A DNA stretch of 64,000 bases from Octopus vulgaris (Eukaryota), in the NCBI GenBank assembly GCA_951406725.2, contig OX597818.1, positions 74,400,001 through 74,464,000 of the forward strand, given 5' to 3'. A program made the translations under genes and the position numbers. The notes under the pieces were generated by a model, which saw only the letters and a program-made list of their open reading frames with translations, was not told where the DNA came from and ran no database searches. Of this stretch, positions 27,013-39,830 are shown in pieces (the first letter of the stretch is position 1; each line of letters begins with the position of its first letter).

Positions 27013-28934
27013 TGAGTGAGTGACGGTGCGTATCGTAATGATGGATGTCTTTAACGGTATACACTCATATAGAAAGTATGACTTCATCGTCGTCGTCGTC
27101 GTCATCGTCGTATAAAATGCTTACGATAGTTGAGTTATGGAAAATATGATAATTTTAAATTTTTGTAATGGAAATATGTCATTGAAAATAAAGTTTATTT
27201 GGTAGCGGAAATAGTACTGAATCTTTTGATACCCCATACGTCAAAATCGGCAATTCGGTTTTGGAATGCATAAGGAACATATGTACACACACACACGCGC
27301 GCGCGCACACATACAAATTCTCTTTTATAGTTATAGATAAAGACAAACATAGCGCTACTCTTTCTTTCCTCTTCCTCACTCTCTCTCGTTCTCTCGCTCG
27401 ACAGGCATTAAACACAATTTACGAGATTGTACGTCAACAGTTATAACAGTTTATTGATTAGTTATGTCAATGCTGTGTTTTAGTTACGTATTTCAAACTT
27501 TCCTTCCATAGCTTGTTGAATATTTTTTGTTTTGATAATTATCACTTTGAAAATAATAGACTGATGTTTTAAAATGTCGTTTCTTATCCTCGCTGCCTTC
27601 AGCAATTTCGTTTCTCATCCGTGTAATTTTTCCATAAAAATAATGAAATTAAATTATAAAAGACAGCCTAAAATGAAATCAGTTAAAAATTCTGTTTTTA
27701 AAGTTTCTCTTTCCCAACTGGTATTTGTTATACTTTGTGACGTTGATCAGTCTTTACAGCAATAATTAGTCAAATAAATAACTTGTGTTATTTGTTTTCG
27801 TTTTGTTTATGTGTTAGTTGCCTTTTTCTACACCCTAACTCGTATAAATTTAATCTGATCATTGATTACGAAATCCCGCCTTACTTCATGTAACTGTCAT
27901 GATATCTTGCAATTAGTTGTGGATTTCAATGTTACGGTTATAATCTCTTACATTTTCAAATAATCATTTCACTAAATCTGAGCATATATTGTATGATAAA
28001 CACATATTTAGTGAGATATATTGTATGAAAAATGTATAAACTGCATTTATTATTTGTTCTTCATGAAATTATTTTAATTTCATGCTTTGATCGCACTACC
28101 GATCGTCACTTTGCTCGCCTTGTTAACGTGCAGAAAATTATTTGTATTTTGTTATTGTTTTGAAGATAGACTAAATATTCACTATATTGCATATACCTCT
28201 CAGTCCTGAGATTTTCGTTACGCATTTCTTATACTTTCAATAATGACCAAATGTATTGACATTGTTTTCGAGTTTCACATTCTCACTAGAAGGTTTAAAC
28301 TTCCACTAAATAAAGAGATGTAAGATACATTGAGTGGTGTGAGTATACCTCTCATTCTATACATACATGCATAAAACATATATACGATATAAGAAACTAA
28401 CCGTTATATATATAACCACATATATTATATGGGAATATCTATTTATATCCCTGCTACAAATATAGTCAGATATATATTTAACATTACAATGATGGCTGCC
28501 ACAGACTGATTGGGTCTGACGCAAAACAGATAAAAAGATAGCTTCTATATTCAAAGAGCAATCCACTGAGTATTATGTTGGAAGGACTTATTTTGGCTGT
28601 ATCCAATCTTTTGAAGCCCGTTGTTGTCACGTCAATGTCAAGGGTAAGATTTTGCAGCTTTGGGGAGTTCAGAAAAAATATCGCTCTCGTTTTCAGAATG
28701 TTGGCCGATTCACTATATAACTGCAAGCAACCTTACATTTTGTCTTGATGACATGTTGAAAGGAACTAATTCTAGTTCATATGGCCAGTTAAATTGCGTA
28801 TACAGGTAGTGAGGAAATGTATCCCAGCACAGAATTAAAATATGGGCGGGTGATCTCTCTTTTTCCGTTTCACAAACATATTATATGGGAAGTTATCCAG
28901 TTCAGTTTTAAATAACGTTCAGTATTGGATAATA

Positions 28935-29843
28935 TACGAGGAGATACCCAAAAGTAACCTGAAACTTTCTCCGAGGGATAAGCCCGTTGTAGTTCAGGCT
29001 TCTGCCACTGGAAGCCACTCTATGCAGCCCTCAAAAATATGTCTGTCGGCTGACAGGTTTCTGTGGGATTGTAATGAATGTGGTACGTCCTTGTTTTGCT
29101 GTTTCTCCCCTGTTCGTCGATTTTTGCGATGGTTGAAACGAAGGAAGAGTGCTCTTGCGGGAAATTTTGTGTTCTGCTGGGGAAAACGGCAGCGGGCACA
29201 GTTGTTATGCTTCAAACATTAAAAGGACGCTGCCAAGAGCAAAACATAAGTGTACAACTAATTTCCACGCCTTAGGAATGGGTACATGTCGCTTGAAGAC
29301 CAATTTCCTTTAGGGCGATCGATGACCTCCTGAACAAATAAAAACATCAAGAAAATTCATGAACTGATCTTGGAGGACCATCGCCGAACAACTGACGAAG
29401 TTGTTGGTATGACTGGATGTGTCCTGGAGCTCCTGCCAACGAATTTTGAGAAAGGATTTGTGAATGAAAATATTTGCAGGAAAATTTGTACTAATCTTGC
29501 TCACTGAGGTGAAATGATTTGTTTACCAAAAATGACATTACCCCGCTTACCTACCCCTCCTATTCAGCAAATCTTGCTCCCTGCGTCTTTTTTTGTTCCC
29601 CTGAATGAAAAAGTCCTTAAAGGAAAACCGTCTGCTGAAGTGAAGATGTGAAGAAAATAATGAAGGAGGCGTTAAAAGCCATCAGTTCGCAAGGTTTTCA
29701 GAATGCTTCAAACAGTGGAAAATGCGTCTGAACCGATGCATTGCTTCAAATGGAGAACACTGTGAACGCGATAAAAGTGCAAACATGTAAAAGTGTATAA
29801 AATAATATTGCGAAATTCCAGTTTCTTTTGGGTGCCCCTTCAT
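28935..29843 (+). mobile_element. Mariner DNA transposon relic (internally deleted)
   Basis: Imperfect TIRs tacgaggagatacccaaaagtaacc / ccagtttcttttgggtgcccctt-cata with TA flanks. Degenerate KFCVLLGKTA..TVVML and PYSANLAPC (YSPDLAP) motifs. Confidence 0.8.
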
Positions 29844-29926
29844 ATATACACACATTGCCAGACACACACACAGAGACACACATACATACATACATACATA
29901 CATACATACATACATACATACATACA

Positions 29927-29962
<36 letters not shown>

Positions 29963-29969
29963 TATATAC

Positions 29970-30036
<67 letters not shown>

Positions 30037-30132
30037 TGTAGTAATGCTTCAACAATTAGAAAAGCACTCAGAGGAGAGTGTAAAAATAATCTTAGAATAA
30101 AAAGTTACAAACCTTGCAATAACAACAATCTA

Positions 30133-30951
30133 GGTTTTCCTGGTAGAAATAATAATTCATTCCGCCATTTATCAAGGACACAGCAGAAGTGTTTGTCAGT
30201 TGTCTTTTGGACCGACAATGCGTGAAGAAAAGACGCTTGTAAAGAAGCGGAAAAGTAAATACAACGGAGGTAACCAATGTTACGCTAATTCGATACCAAG
30301 CAGACATAAACCAGATGGTAACAGTTTACAAAGTGTCCGATTGTCAACTTTTAAATTCCGACAAGATGTATATTTTGAAGCGTAGACATAAATGTAGATT
30401 AGGGGTGCCCCAGTATGACCACAGCCTCAGGGCTGAAACATAAAATTATAAAGAAAAGATCTCATTCCTCGAACGAGTGTATTTGTTGGAGTTTCTAAAA
30501 TTTTAATCTGCAAATTTAAAGACGAAGTGACCCATTCGATATCAAATGGAAGATCTTCTCGAAATCCAGACGCTATATTAACAGCTAGAAGAAATGTTCT
30601 GTGTCTTCGCTTGAAAAATTGTACTGTTAGAATAGAAACACTTGAGAAAGTCCAAAGAAATACACATATTCGAAGAACGAGATTTTTTTTCTTTATATTC
30701 ACATTTCAAGATTAACATCTTATAGGAATTTAAAAGTAGAGCACCGGACACTTAGTAAAACATTTGCTTCTGGTTTACGGTTGCTTGACCTCGAATTATT
30801 GTAAAGTTGGTTCTTTCCCTTATGCTTTCCTTTTTGTCTTCTTCTTTTGAAGCGTCTCTTGTTCAAAGTTATTTATTGAAAAGACAAGTGACAAACGGTC
30901 TTGTTTTCAGCTTTATAGATGGCGGAATAAATTATCTCGACAAAGAAAACC
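30133..30951. repeat. Old diverged inverted repeat, arms about 260 bp
   Basis: 30133-30392 versus reverse complement of 30692-30951 (attccgccat, gtttgtca.ttgtctttt, aagtgtccg, acttttaaattcc). Confidence 0.75.
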
Positions 30952-30958
30952 AGGGAGT

Positions 30959-31037
<79 letters not shown>

Positions 31038-32151
31038 TGTGGTACGTTTTCAACAAGTTTTATAGTATTCGATCAGCTAAGACTGTAAAGATATTATTAT
31101 AAAAAACTCTCATGAAATTCAAGCACCCAGTGTTACCTGGTCGAAATAAAAATTTATTTCGCCATTTTGTATGCTGTAAAATACAAGATGGTTTATTAAT
31201 TGCGTTAGAAACAGTTGACGTTTAAATGAGAACATGCATAGAGGAAAAAACAAAGAGAAAATAATCAATACTATTCCATTGAGGCAGTGACATAAGAACT
31301 CTACTTACTTACTGTAAAAATATGGAAAATGTGTCTTCAGCTGGAAGACACCTACCTCTCTGGATTAAGAATGCAATCTCACAAATCTTGAGCTCGATCC
31401 ATTTGAATTAATTTTAACTAATCCTCTTAATTCGGATTTGAATGGGTCACATCGACCTACTTTTTCCTGTCGAGGTCTTATATCTCCCATTATTATACTT
31501 TTATCTTTAGTCATTGCCCAGTGATTGCTATAAGCTTTAAGCATATAAAATACAGTTATTATTATTGACAGAATTGTAAAAGTCGACACGGCTTAAAAAC
31601 CATTCATCGTAAAACCACATGAAAGTTTGTTTACAAAAACAACTACGAAAGAATTATGACAGAAAAAAGCAGGAAGGTTCGCTAGTGTAACCGGTAGCAC
31701 ACTTGGTCGCGTAAAAAGAAAGGTGTGGGTTTGAGTCCAACGCATACGGAAGAACAACTTTTTTTCTGACGAGGGCTTATATGCTCTATTATTAGGCTAT
31801 TTTCTTTAGTCATTCAGCGGTGATCCGTATGAGCTTTAAGCTTATAGAATAATATGTGTGTGTGTGTGTTATATTGTTATATGTTATCTGTATGTATATA
31901 CGTTGTGTATATATAAGTACATATATGTATGGATGTGTGTATATATGGATATATATGCGTATATGGGTATGTATATAAATATATATGTATGTATACACAT
32001 ATATGTACGTATGAGAGTGTGTATATATGTGTGTGTATGTACGTATAAACATTTATATATATATATCAATAACAAAGTCACTATGATCTGGTGCAGTCAG
32101 AGGGTAAGTATCCTTAGAGGGAAAAACACCAATGGAGAGGTAGAGTGTCTG

Positions 32152-32187
<36 letters not shown>

Positions 32188-32301
32188 GCGTGGTGTATGT
32201 GCGAGTGTGAGTATACATGCATGTATAATTACATATATGTATGTATGCATATATGTGTAAGTACATGAAAAGGTATAAAAATCAAGACATAAGTTTATTA
32301 G

Positions 32302-32335
<34 letters not shown>

Positions 32336-32405
32336 ACAATGTAACAAATAAAACATATGCATACATACATATATGTACATACCTACATCTATATGCATAT
32401 ATATA

Positions 32406-32458
<53 letters not shown>

Positions 32459-32542
32459 GATATAGGATAACATTTTTTTCGGAAAAAATTTTTATCAATG
32501 GCCAGCATATCAAAAAAATGCCTTTAAAGGTAAAGTTTATAC

Positions 32543-33060
32543 ATAATTTACAAGATAAGGGCAGAAGAAAAATTCTAATGCCAGATACGCCGAAACAAAA
32601 AAAATTTGTCGATAACCATTAAATGTATGCGTCTCGAAACAAACCGATAGAAATCTCTAAAAAAATTCGTTATTACCCTATTGGTCCAATTTCGGGGTTA
32701 ATTCACAAGAAATTTTCCCCTCTTCAGCGGCACATACGCGTGATATAAATGAAATACTTATTCATACCCACGGAAAAAGCTAGCACCAAGTCCCGCGCAG
32801 ACATAAGTACCCCAAATATATCCAAAATAGAATAAGTATAGTGGGTATGAATAAGTATTTCATTTATATCTCGCGTATGTGCCGCTGAAGAGGGGAAATT
32901 TTCTTGTGAATTAACCCCGAAATTGGACCAATAGGGTAATAACGAATTTTTTTAGAGATTTCTATCGGTTTGTTTCGAGACGCATAAATTTAATGGTTAT
33001 CAACAAATTTTTTGTTTCGGCGTATCTGACATTAAAATTTTTCTTCTGCCCTTATCTTCT

Positions 33061-33068
<8 letters not shown>
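32543..33068. repeat. Near-perfect inverted repeat, arms about 228 bp, 69-bp spacer
   Basis: 32543-32771 versus reverse complement of 32841-33068; (TA)n nearby on both sides. Confidence 0.95.
32879..32938 (+). ncRNA. Hammerhead candidate (mirror copy on - at 32674-32733)
   Basis: tgccg-CTGAAGA-gggg...cccc-GAAA-ttgg-a-cca-ATA^gggta: near-palindromic stem III; one mismatch at the base of stem I. Confidence 0.6.
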
Positions 33069-33115
<47 letters not shown>

Positions 33116-33120
<5 letters not shown>

Positions 33121-33551
33121 TACAGGAGACCACAAATAAACGTAGAACACAACGAGAAACGAAAACATAAAAACAAACAAGGAAACATACTTTTTTTAAC
33201 AACGAAAAAACAGAGTACAAGACAAACAATACAAGGAATATACCCATTCGTCAGCTGCCCCTGGTTCTACTCAATGCGTGTTTCGAAGGTAAGGGCTTCT
33301 TTCCCTTTTTACCCCTCTGCAAAAGAATTTTACTTAATTCATTTTGCAGGAAGGACTGCTTCGGCCGGGTCGTGTTCTGCACTTACCTTCGAAACACGCA
33401 TTGAGTCGAACCAGGGGCAGCTGATGAAGGGGAATATTCCTTGTATGGTTTGTCTTGTACTCTATTTTTTCGTTGTTAAAAAAAGTCCGTTTCCTTGTTT
33501 GTTTTTATGTTTTCGTTTTTCGTGTTCTACGTTTATTTGTGGTGTCCTGTA

Positions 33552-33556
<5 letters not shown>
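33116..33556. repeat. Inverted repeat, arms about 180 bp, between (TA)n tracts
   Basis: 33116-33296 versus reverse complement of 33379-33556; same family as 15240-15795. Confidence 0.92.
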
Positions 33557-33637
<81 letters not shown>

Positions 33638-33762
33638 TGTATATATACATATAGATGTAGGTATGTACATATATGTATGTATGTATGCATATGTTTTATT
33701 TGTTAAATTGTTATTATATGACTGAGCGCCTCGCATCGTTTCTTATCCTCCAAGTAAGTTTT

Positions 33763-33809
<47 letters not shown>

Positions 33810-34614
33810 CTATGTGTGTATATATGCACATACATTGTGTTTGCGTATGTGTGTGTATGTGTGTGTGTATACATGATCCCACCTGTGAGTACTGAATTGA
33901 TGACCTCACCACACAGGTCAACCTTTGACAAGAACGCAAGTATACTGACCGTTGCTATATTTCCCATGTGGTAATTCTTGATTGACTTAAATGTCTCCAT
34001 CCGACTATTCTCAATTAGTATTAATCTCATTTTTTTAAATTTTTAATTTTATATATTTATTTTTTATAGGTTTCATTTACTTTTTTCTCTTCTCCTTCCC
34101 TTTCTTCGCCTCCATTCTTCCTTCGTTTTGTTGTTATGGTTGTTGTTGTTGTGGTGGTTGTGGTTTTTGTTGTTGTTGTTGTGGTTGTGGTTGTTGTTGT
34201 GGTTGATATTCGAAATTTTTATTGCTTGATTTCATATTCTATTTTATTTTTTTATTATATATTTTTTATGCTCTTTCATCTTTCCTGTCTATATATTTTT
34301 TGCATATATACTTGTAAGAAAAACTATTTGCCATTTAAGCAACCTGTAAAACATGCAGTTTTCAGCTTGAAACTCACTGTAAACGTTATTATTAAGATTG
34401 AAATAAAAATTATTCCCTCAAAAATGCCACCTCAACTCGTTCGTTCAAATACACACACACACTTATACATTTATATATATATATATATACATGCATATAT
34501 GTATTATATAAGTATACATTAAAGATTACACTCAGCTTATTTCCAAGAATTAAAGTTTCCTTGCTATATACTAATATCTACGCTGTCAGAAACTCAGTAA
34601 AGAAATAAATTATT

Positions 34615-34850
34615 CATTCCTTTATTGCCCACAAGGGGATAAACATAGAAGGGTCAAACAAGGACAGACAAATGGAATAAGTCAATTACATCAACTCCAG
34701 TGCATAACTGGTACTCATTTAATCTACATCGAAAGGAAGAAAGACAAAGGCCACCTCGGCAAAATTTGAACTGAGAACGTAACGCCACACGGCATGCCTC
34801 TAGGCAATTACCCCGGCGTGCTAACTATTCTACCAGCTCGCCGCCATAAA
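34615..34850 (-). mobile_element. Diverged Nin/Deu-type SINE
   Basis: Colinear with 56113-56346. Confidence 0.75.
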
Positions 34851-35979
34851 GAAACAGCATATTGCAAGCGCTAAATACGAAATAATTTTACATGCCGATT
34901 GTTCTTTTACATTGTTTCCAGTAGTAAAACATAATCATTGAGAAATTAATTGGTTTTCTTATAGAACAATTTAATTATTGCTCTCTCTTATTTTCATATT
35001 AGGGAGGAAAATATATAAAAGATATTTCGTTTCTTCCTTTTCTGAAAAAAAAATTCATTAACAAGAATTCAATTCTTTTATATTGTGAATACTTTTAACA
35101 TTTAATATGCTATGATATTTCTTTACCTCTTCTGTGGTTTCTTATAATCTACTAATGTGTCTTAGAATTTTTCAGCATTGAGTAACTGGATAAAAGACAT
35201 TGTGTATTAATGAAATCATTAAAATACTCATGTAAGAATCGCTTTAGCGTGTAGTCAATCTGGCAATTTACACTTTAGCACACAGTCTAATCCTCATCCT
35301 AGCATTAACTGTAACACTAATCCCTAAAATTAACATGAGCCCTAAATCTTAAAACCTAAACCCTAGCCATAATCCTACGCTCTAATCCTAACACCAAACT
35401 TTAACCCTATCTATAATCTTAAACCTAAACCTAATCCTAGTCCCAATCAGGTAATTTCACTGCGTAGAGTACAGATACTGCGGTAGACCACACACTAAAG
35501 TAGCATCATCTACACTTAAAATCAGGAAGACAAAGAAACAGAAAGAGAGGAGGGAGAAGAAACTAGTTAAGAGTTACAATGTTTTCAATGGAAATTGTAC
35601 TAATTTTTCAATAACGAATTCGTTTTCTTTTTCTGCAAAAACGATATTTTATATTCCAATCCATCTGCCATATATGTTTTTCTATTATTGCTATTTTCTT
35701 CTTAGAATCTACTAAATTTTGTTTAGATAGGCGTTCGACATAGATAAACCACATGCATGGTCTTATCACATTGTTGCCCACTGACATAGAGGAATGCCTA
35801 ACGCCGCTACCTTCGTGTAAATGAAGGTGTCAATTTCGCTTGATGCAGTCATTCGACTGCAGGCATTTTGGGGGAACCATCTTGAAGGATTTAGTCAAAC
35901 AATTCCACCCCGTCTACTTATTATTTGTTAAAGTCCGGTACATACTATCTCCTACTTTCTCTCTCTCTCTCTTTCTTAT

Positions 35980-36020
<41 letters not shown>

Positions 36021-36183
36021 TAGATAGATAAAGAAACGTACTACACAGTATATATATTCGAAACGTAAAAGACTTGTTTTATTTATATTCCTGAGCGCCA
36101 TACTAATACAATTGTTTGTTTGTATTCCACCTGCCTTCGTCTTTTGGTTATTTTCTTAAAGCTTCCCGTTATATATATATATG

Positions 36184-36241
<58 letters not shown>

Positions 36242-36246
<5 letters not shown>

Positions 36247-36372
36247 AACGCAGTAATGTGTCGGCAGCCAGCTGGAAAAGATGTTTTCCAGGGCTAAAGA
36301 AGGTAGTAACATCATCCTAACTAGGACTGCCAATTTACGTTGGAAAATACATTTTACTCTCTCTGTTCCCCT

Positions 36373-36454
<82 letters not shown>

Positions 36455-36601
36455 TGAGGAGAGGGGAACAGAGAGAGAGAGAGAGTAAAGTGTATTTTCC
36501 AACGTAAATTGGCAGTCCTAGTTAATATGATGTTACTACCTTCTTTAGCCCCTGGAAAACATCTTTTCCAGCTGGCTGCCGACACATTACTGCGTTCTTA
36601 T
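36242..36601. repeat. Near-perfect fold-back centred on (TC)n(TA)n(GA)n
   Basis: ataagaacgcagtaatgtgtcggcagccagctgg... mirrored by ...ccagctggctgccgacacattactgcgttcttat. Confidence 0.95.
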
Positions 36602-36779
36602 GACTCGAACAAGAGAGCTAATGTTCCCATCTAGACTTAAAAGGTACCTCCGGTCATGGTTTCCGCCTTATTTCTCTTCATCGGTACAGGATAACCGTTG
36701 GTTCGAGATGACAGCATTAGGTCTTGTTCGAGGTATATACTTTTAAAGTGACATACAGTCACTGATCTCGTAGAGACGA

Positions 36780-37100
36780 AATATTTAGTTTGAGATCTGT
36801 TTGCGAGAAGTAAGTAGCAACAGTACTACGTTGGTAAATCTATTTGCCAACATACATTGGCAGTCTTGGTTAGGACGATGTTACTACCGTTTAAGGCTGA
36901 GTGGAGACATTAGCGCCCTTGTTGGAAGCATAAGAACGCAGTTGTACGTCGGCGGCCAACTAGAAAATATGTTTTCCTGGGGCTAAAAAAGGTTGTAACA
37001 CCTTCCTAACTAGGCCTGCCAATTTACTTTGGCAAATAAATTTTATTTTGTAGTACTGTTACTGCTTACTTCTCGCTCAGCGAGTTAAAGCTAAATGTTT
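36780..37100. repeat. Second, older fold-back of the same family
   Basis: gcgagaagtaagtagcaacagtactac...tttgccaa versus ttggcaaa...gtagtactgttactgcttacttctcgc; 36930-37030 resembles 36242-36350. Confidence 0.75.
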
Positions 37101-37106
37101 ACTTCT

Positions 37107-37141
<35 letters not shown>

Positions 37142-37142
<1 letters not shown>

Positions 37143-38913
37143 TAGCTGGGTGTAAATACCGGCGTTTCCCGGAATCAAGTCTATCCATATCGTCTTTGGT
37201 GTGGAAAGTAGACCATGAATCGAGTAGTATTTACTTTTCTCAAACAATCGAGTCTATGCTCTTTTGTCCTTTTACCTAATATTGAGCATGCAGCGAAGAA
37301 CCATTGTAACACGAATGTTCAGAAAACGGAAAGTATTTACCGTTCTCTTTGTTGTTGCGACTTTCAGTGTTTTCCCGTTTTTGGCGAAAGCAAAAAGATC
37401 CGTCTTGCTTCCCACTCTTGAAAAGCCAACATAGATTTGTCCGTGTAAAAAGCATGACTCTTCCAAAAGAAGACCAGCCACAGATAGCGTTTGGCCTTGG
37501 GACTTATTGATGGACATCGCAAAGCTGACACGGAGTCTTCGAAATGAAAAGGGAATGTCCGCTCCTAATGGAATGAAGCGAATTCTTGGAATCGTACCCT
37601 TATCCACATCCCGTTAAAATGGTCGCTTCGATGACGTGGGGTATATTTTTTTTGTAACTAGTTGTGTACAATTACAGAGTCGCTCTGGTTCCAGATTCTG
37701 AAGCAGCGTTATCGGAGTTCCTTCCTTGAGTCCCACTGCATGTGTAGACCGTGAATATAAGCTAATGCAGTTTCGCACCTCTCCTTGAAAAATGCATATT
37801 TTTGAAATTTTTTTCGGATTGCTACGTTTTAGACATCGGAGATTACGAATATGTAAAAAAAAAAAATTAACCCTACCACCACTCCTACAACCTTAAAGTT
37901 TTAAAATTTTTCGAAATTTTTTCTTATATTTTAGATGACTGAGATTCCGGATACGCAAGAAACCACGTTTTGAAACTTTTAAATTCGATAAGCATATAGA
38001 TATGTGCATAGAGAGATAGAGATGAATGTCATCCTGGGGCTAAAAACGACAGTAGCACCGTCTTCTATAGGACCACCACATTTAGTTAAAAAATGTATTT
38101 TATGAATAAACGGACAGGGATAAATAGATAGACAGATAAATAAATATATGGATGAAAAAGTTCAAAATTCAAAATTGGAGAGGGAGTGAAATTTGAGCCC
38201 ATTATTAAAATTTATAACATTAATATTTGTTTCTCATAAAATGGTGTATTTCATTTACATTCAATTCTTATTTACACAATTAAGCGCAAATTATCTTCAC
38301 TTTAATGCTTTTGTCTGGATTTAATTTCGATTTGCATATGTTCGTCAAATCGCTACGATTTCTTTAAAGTAAACAAAATCAAAATGTTGATTGGAGTGGG
38401 GGTAGAAGAGGTGGGGTGGAAGAGATGGAGGTAGAAGAGTTGGGTTGACGAAATTTAAAAAATTTGGGGGGATATTCGTAGTCTCCGACATCTAACACGT
38501 AGGAATCCGAAAAATTTCATTTTTCAAGGGTAAGTTCGAAACTGCATTAACCACCAGCCGTGAATATATATATTCGATTTTTTTCTATCTCTCAAAGGGA
38601 GTGCCCTAAAATGATGCATTATTTTGCAACCTCTGGCCAAGAGCCTAATGCATATTTATTTCAAATTTGAGCTAAATTGGGTGTATGGTTCCGGAGATAA
38701 GATCAGAAACGTCTTTTTTTGAGTCGGTTTTTTTTCAGTCCTGTACTCAAAGGAAATAGAATTTGAAAAATCGATATACCAGTAGCACTTCTTGGACAAA
38801 AATACATATGTATGTGAAATTTTGTGAAAATCGGACAAATGGTGTTGACGTGATGTGCAAGCCCCTACACAGACACTCACACAGACAGACATCCTCCATT
38901 TATTATATACAGA
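37142..38913 (-). mobile_element. Non-autonomous Helitron retaining the Pif1-type helicase C-terminus
   Basis: Minus strand: 5' A|TCTGTATATAATAAA at 38913, 3' hairpin ccgggaaacgccgg then CTAG|T at 37142. ORF 37272..37607 contains FAMSINKSQGQTL and HGQIYVGFSRV. Confidence 0.8.
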
Positions 38914-38914
38914 T

Positions 38915-39830
38915 AATTAACTTATAAATCTAAATATTCTGTTTACAATGAAATGCAGCAAAAGCAACTCTCATTCATCGATATTTTGATGAAAACGTCT
39001 ACAATTATATCGAAACCGATGTCTATTATAAACCAACAGGCTCATGACACAAGAAACACATTAAAATAGATATTCTCTTTGATTTAGCGAAAAGGATTTG
39101 CACAACAGAGTCTGATGCAAATACTCGGGACCTTCGACTTGAGGTCATTTGAACCACACTAGAAATAGATATCAAATAGAAAATAGATATCAAAACACTA
39201 AGAGAAACAAAACGAAATCCCACACCGCATCAACACATACTACCCTATATATCGAAACACAACCCTAGAAACAATGGCGTATCCATCTTCATTATTGAAA
39301 TCTTACCTATGCTCATTAGGGACCCAAAGATGAACCACATTCTACAAATACACAACATCAGCAAAAGTGAAAAATAACAACCTAAATCACTATAAAGAAC
39401 ACTGATAAATGAGGAGTAATACCCACCAAAAATGCACCCAATATTTTAAGACGTGGGCGTGCAAAACTTTGGGACATAGTCCAACCTACTGGAAGGTTTG
39501 GAATTCCACTTGAAACAAGAGCAAAGATTCACAATTAATACTAATTTCACTTGTGCAGCCGAAAATTTAAATTAATGTGATAACTTGTTCAGGATATGGC
39601 ACAACTATATAGGCACATCAGACTGTCTCTTAGACGGAGAACCACACTTTATAAAGAAGATTCGTTCCCCACACTATAGACAGATACGTTTAAGTGAACA
39701 CATAGAGAGATGTGCGGGCAATTTGCAGCCAAACGTCGCGGTTTTTCTAATGAACCAGTGCAAGAAAGCAATCTCTATACAACATCGATGATATAGAATA
39801 TATTTATTAAAAAATACAAACCATGCCTGA
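38915..39830 (+). mobile_element. Degraded Penelope-like element (same family as 63147-64000)
   Basis: Relic motifs NILFTM, IETDVYYKPT, LAKRICT, LPYIS.HNP, NFTCAAEN, IRLSEHIERCA. Confidence 0.8.

Noticed and set aside
31766-31790. CTGACGA-gggc-ttatat-gctc hammerhead half
   Set aside because: No following GAAA or stem III. Likewise 16071-16100 has AGAA instead of GAAA.
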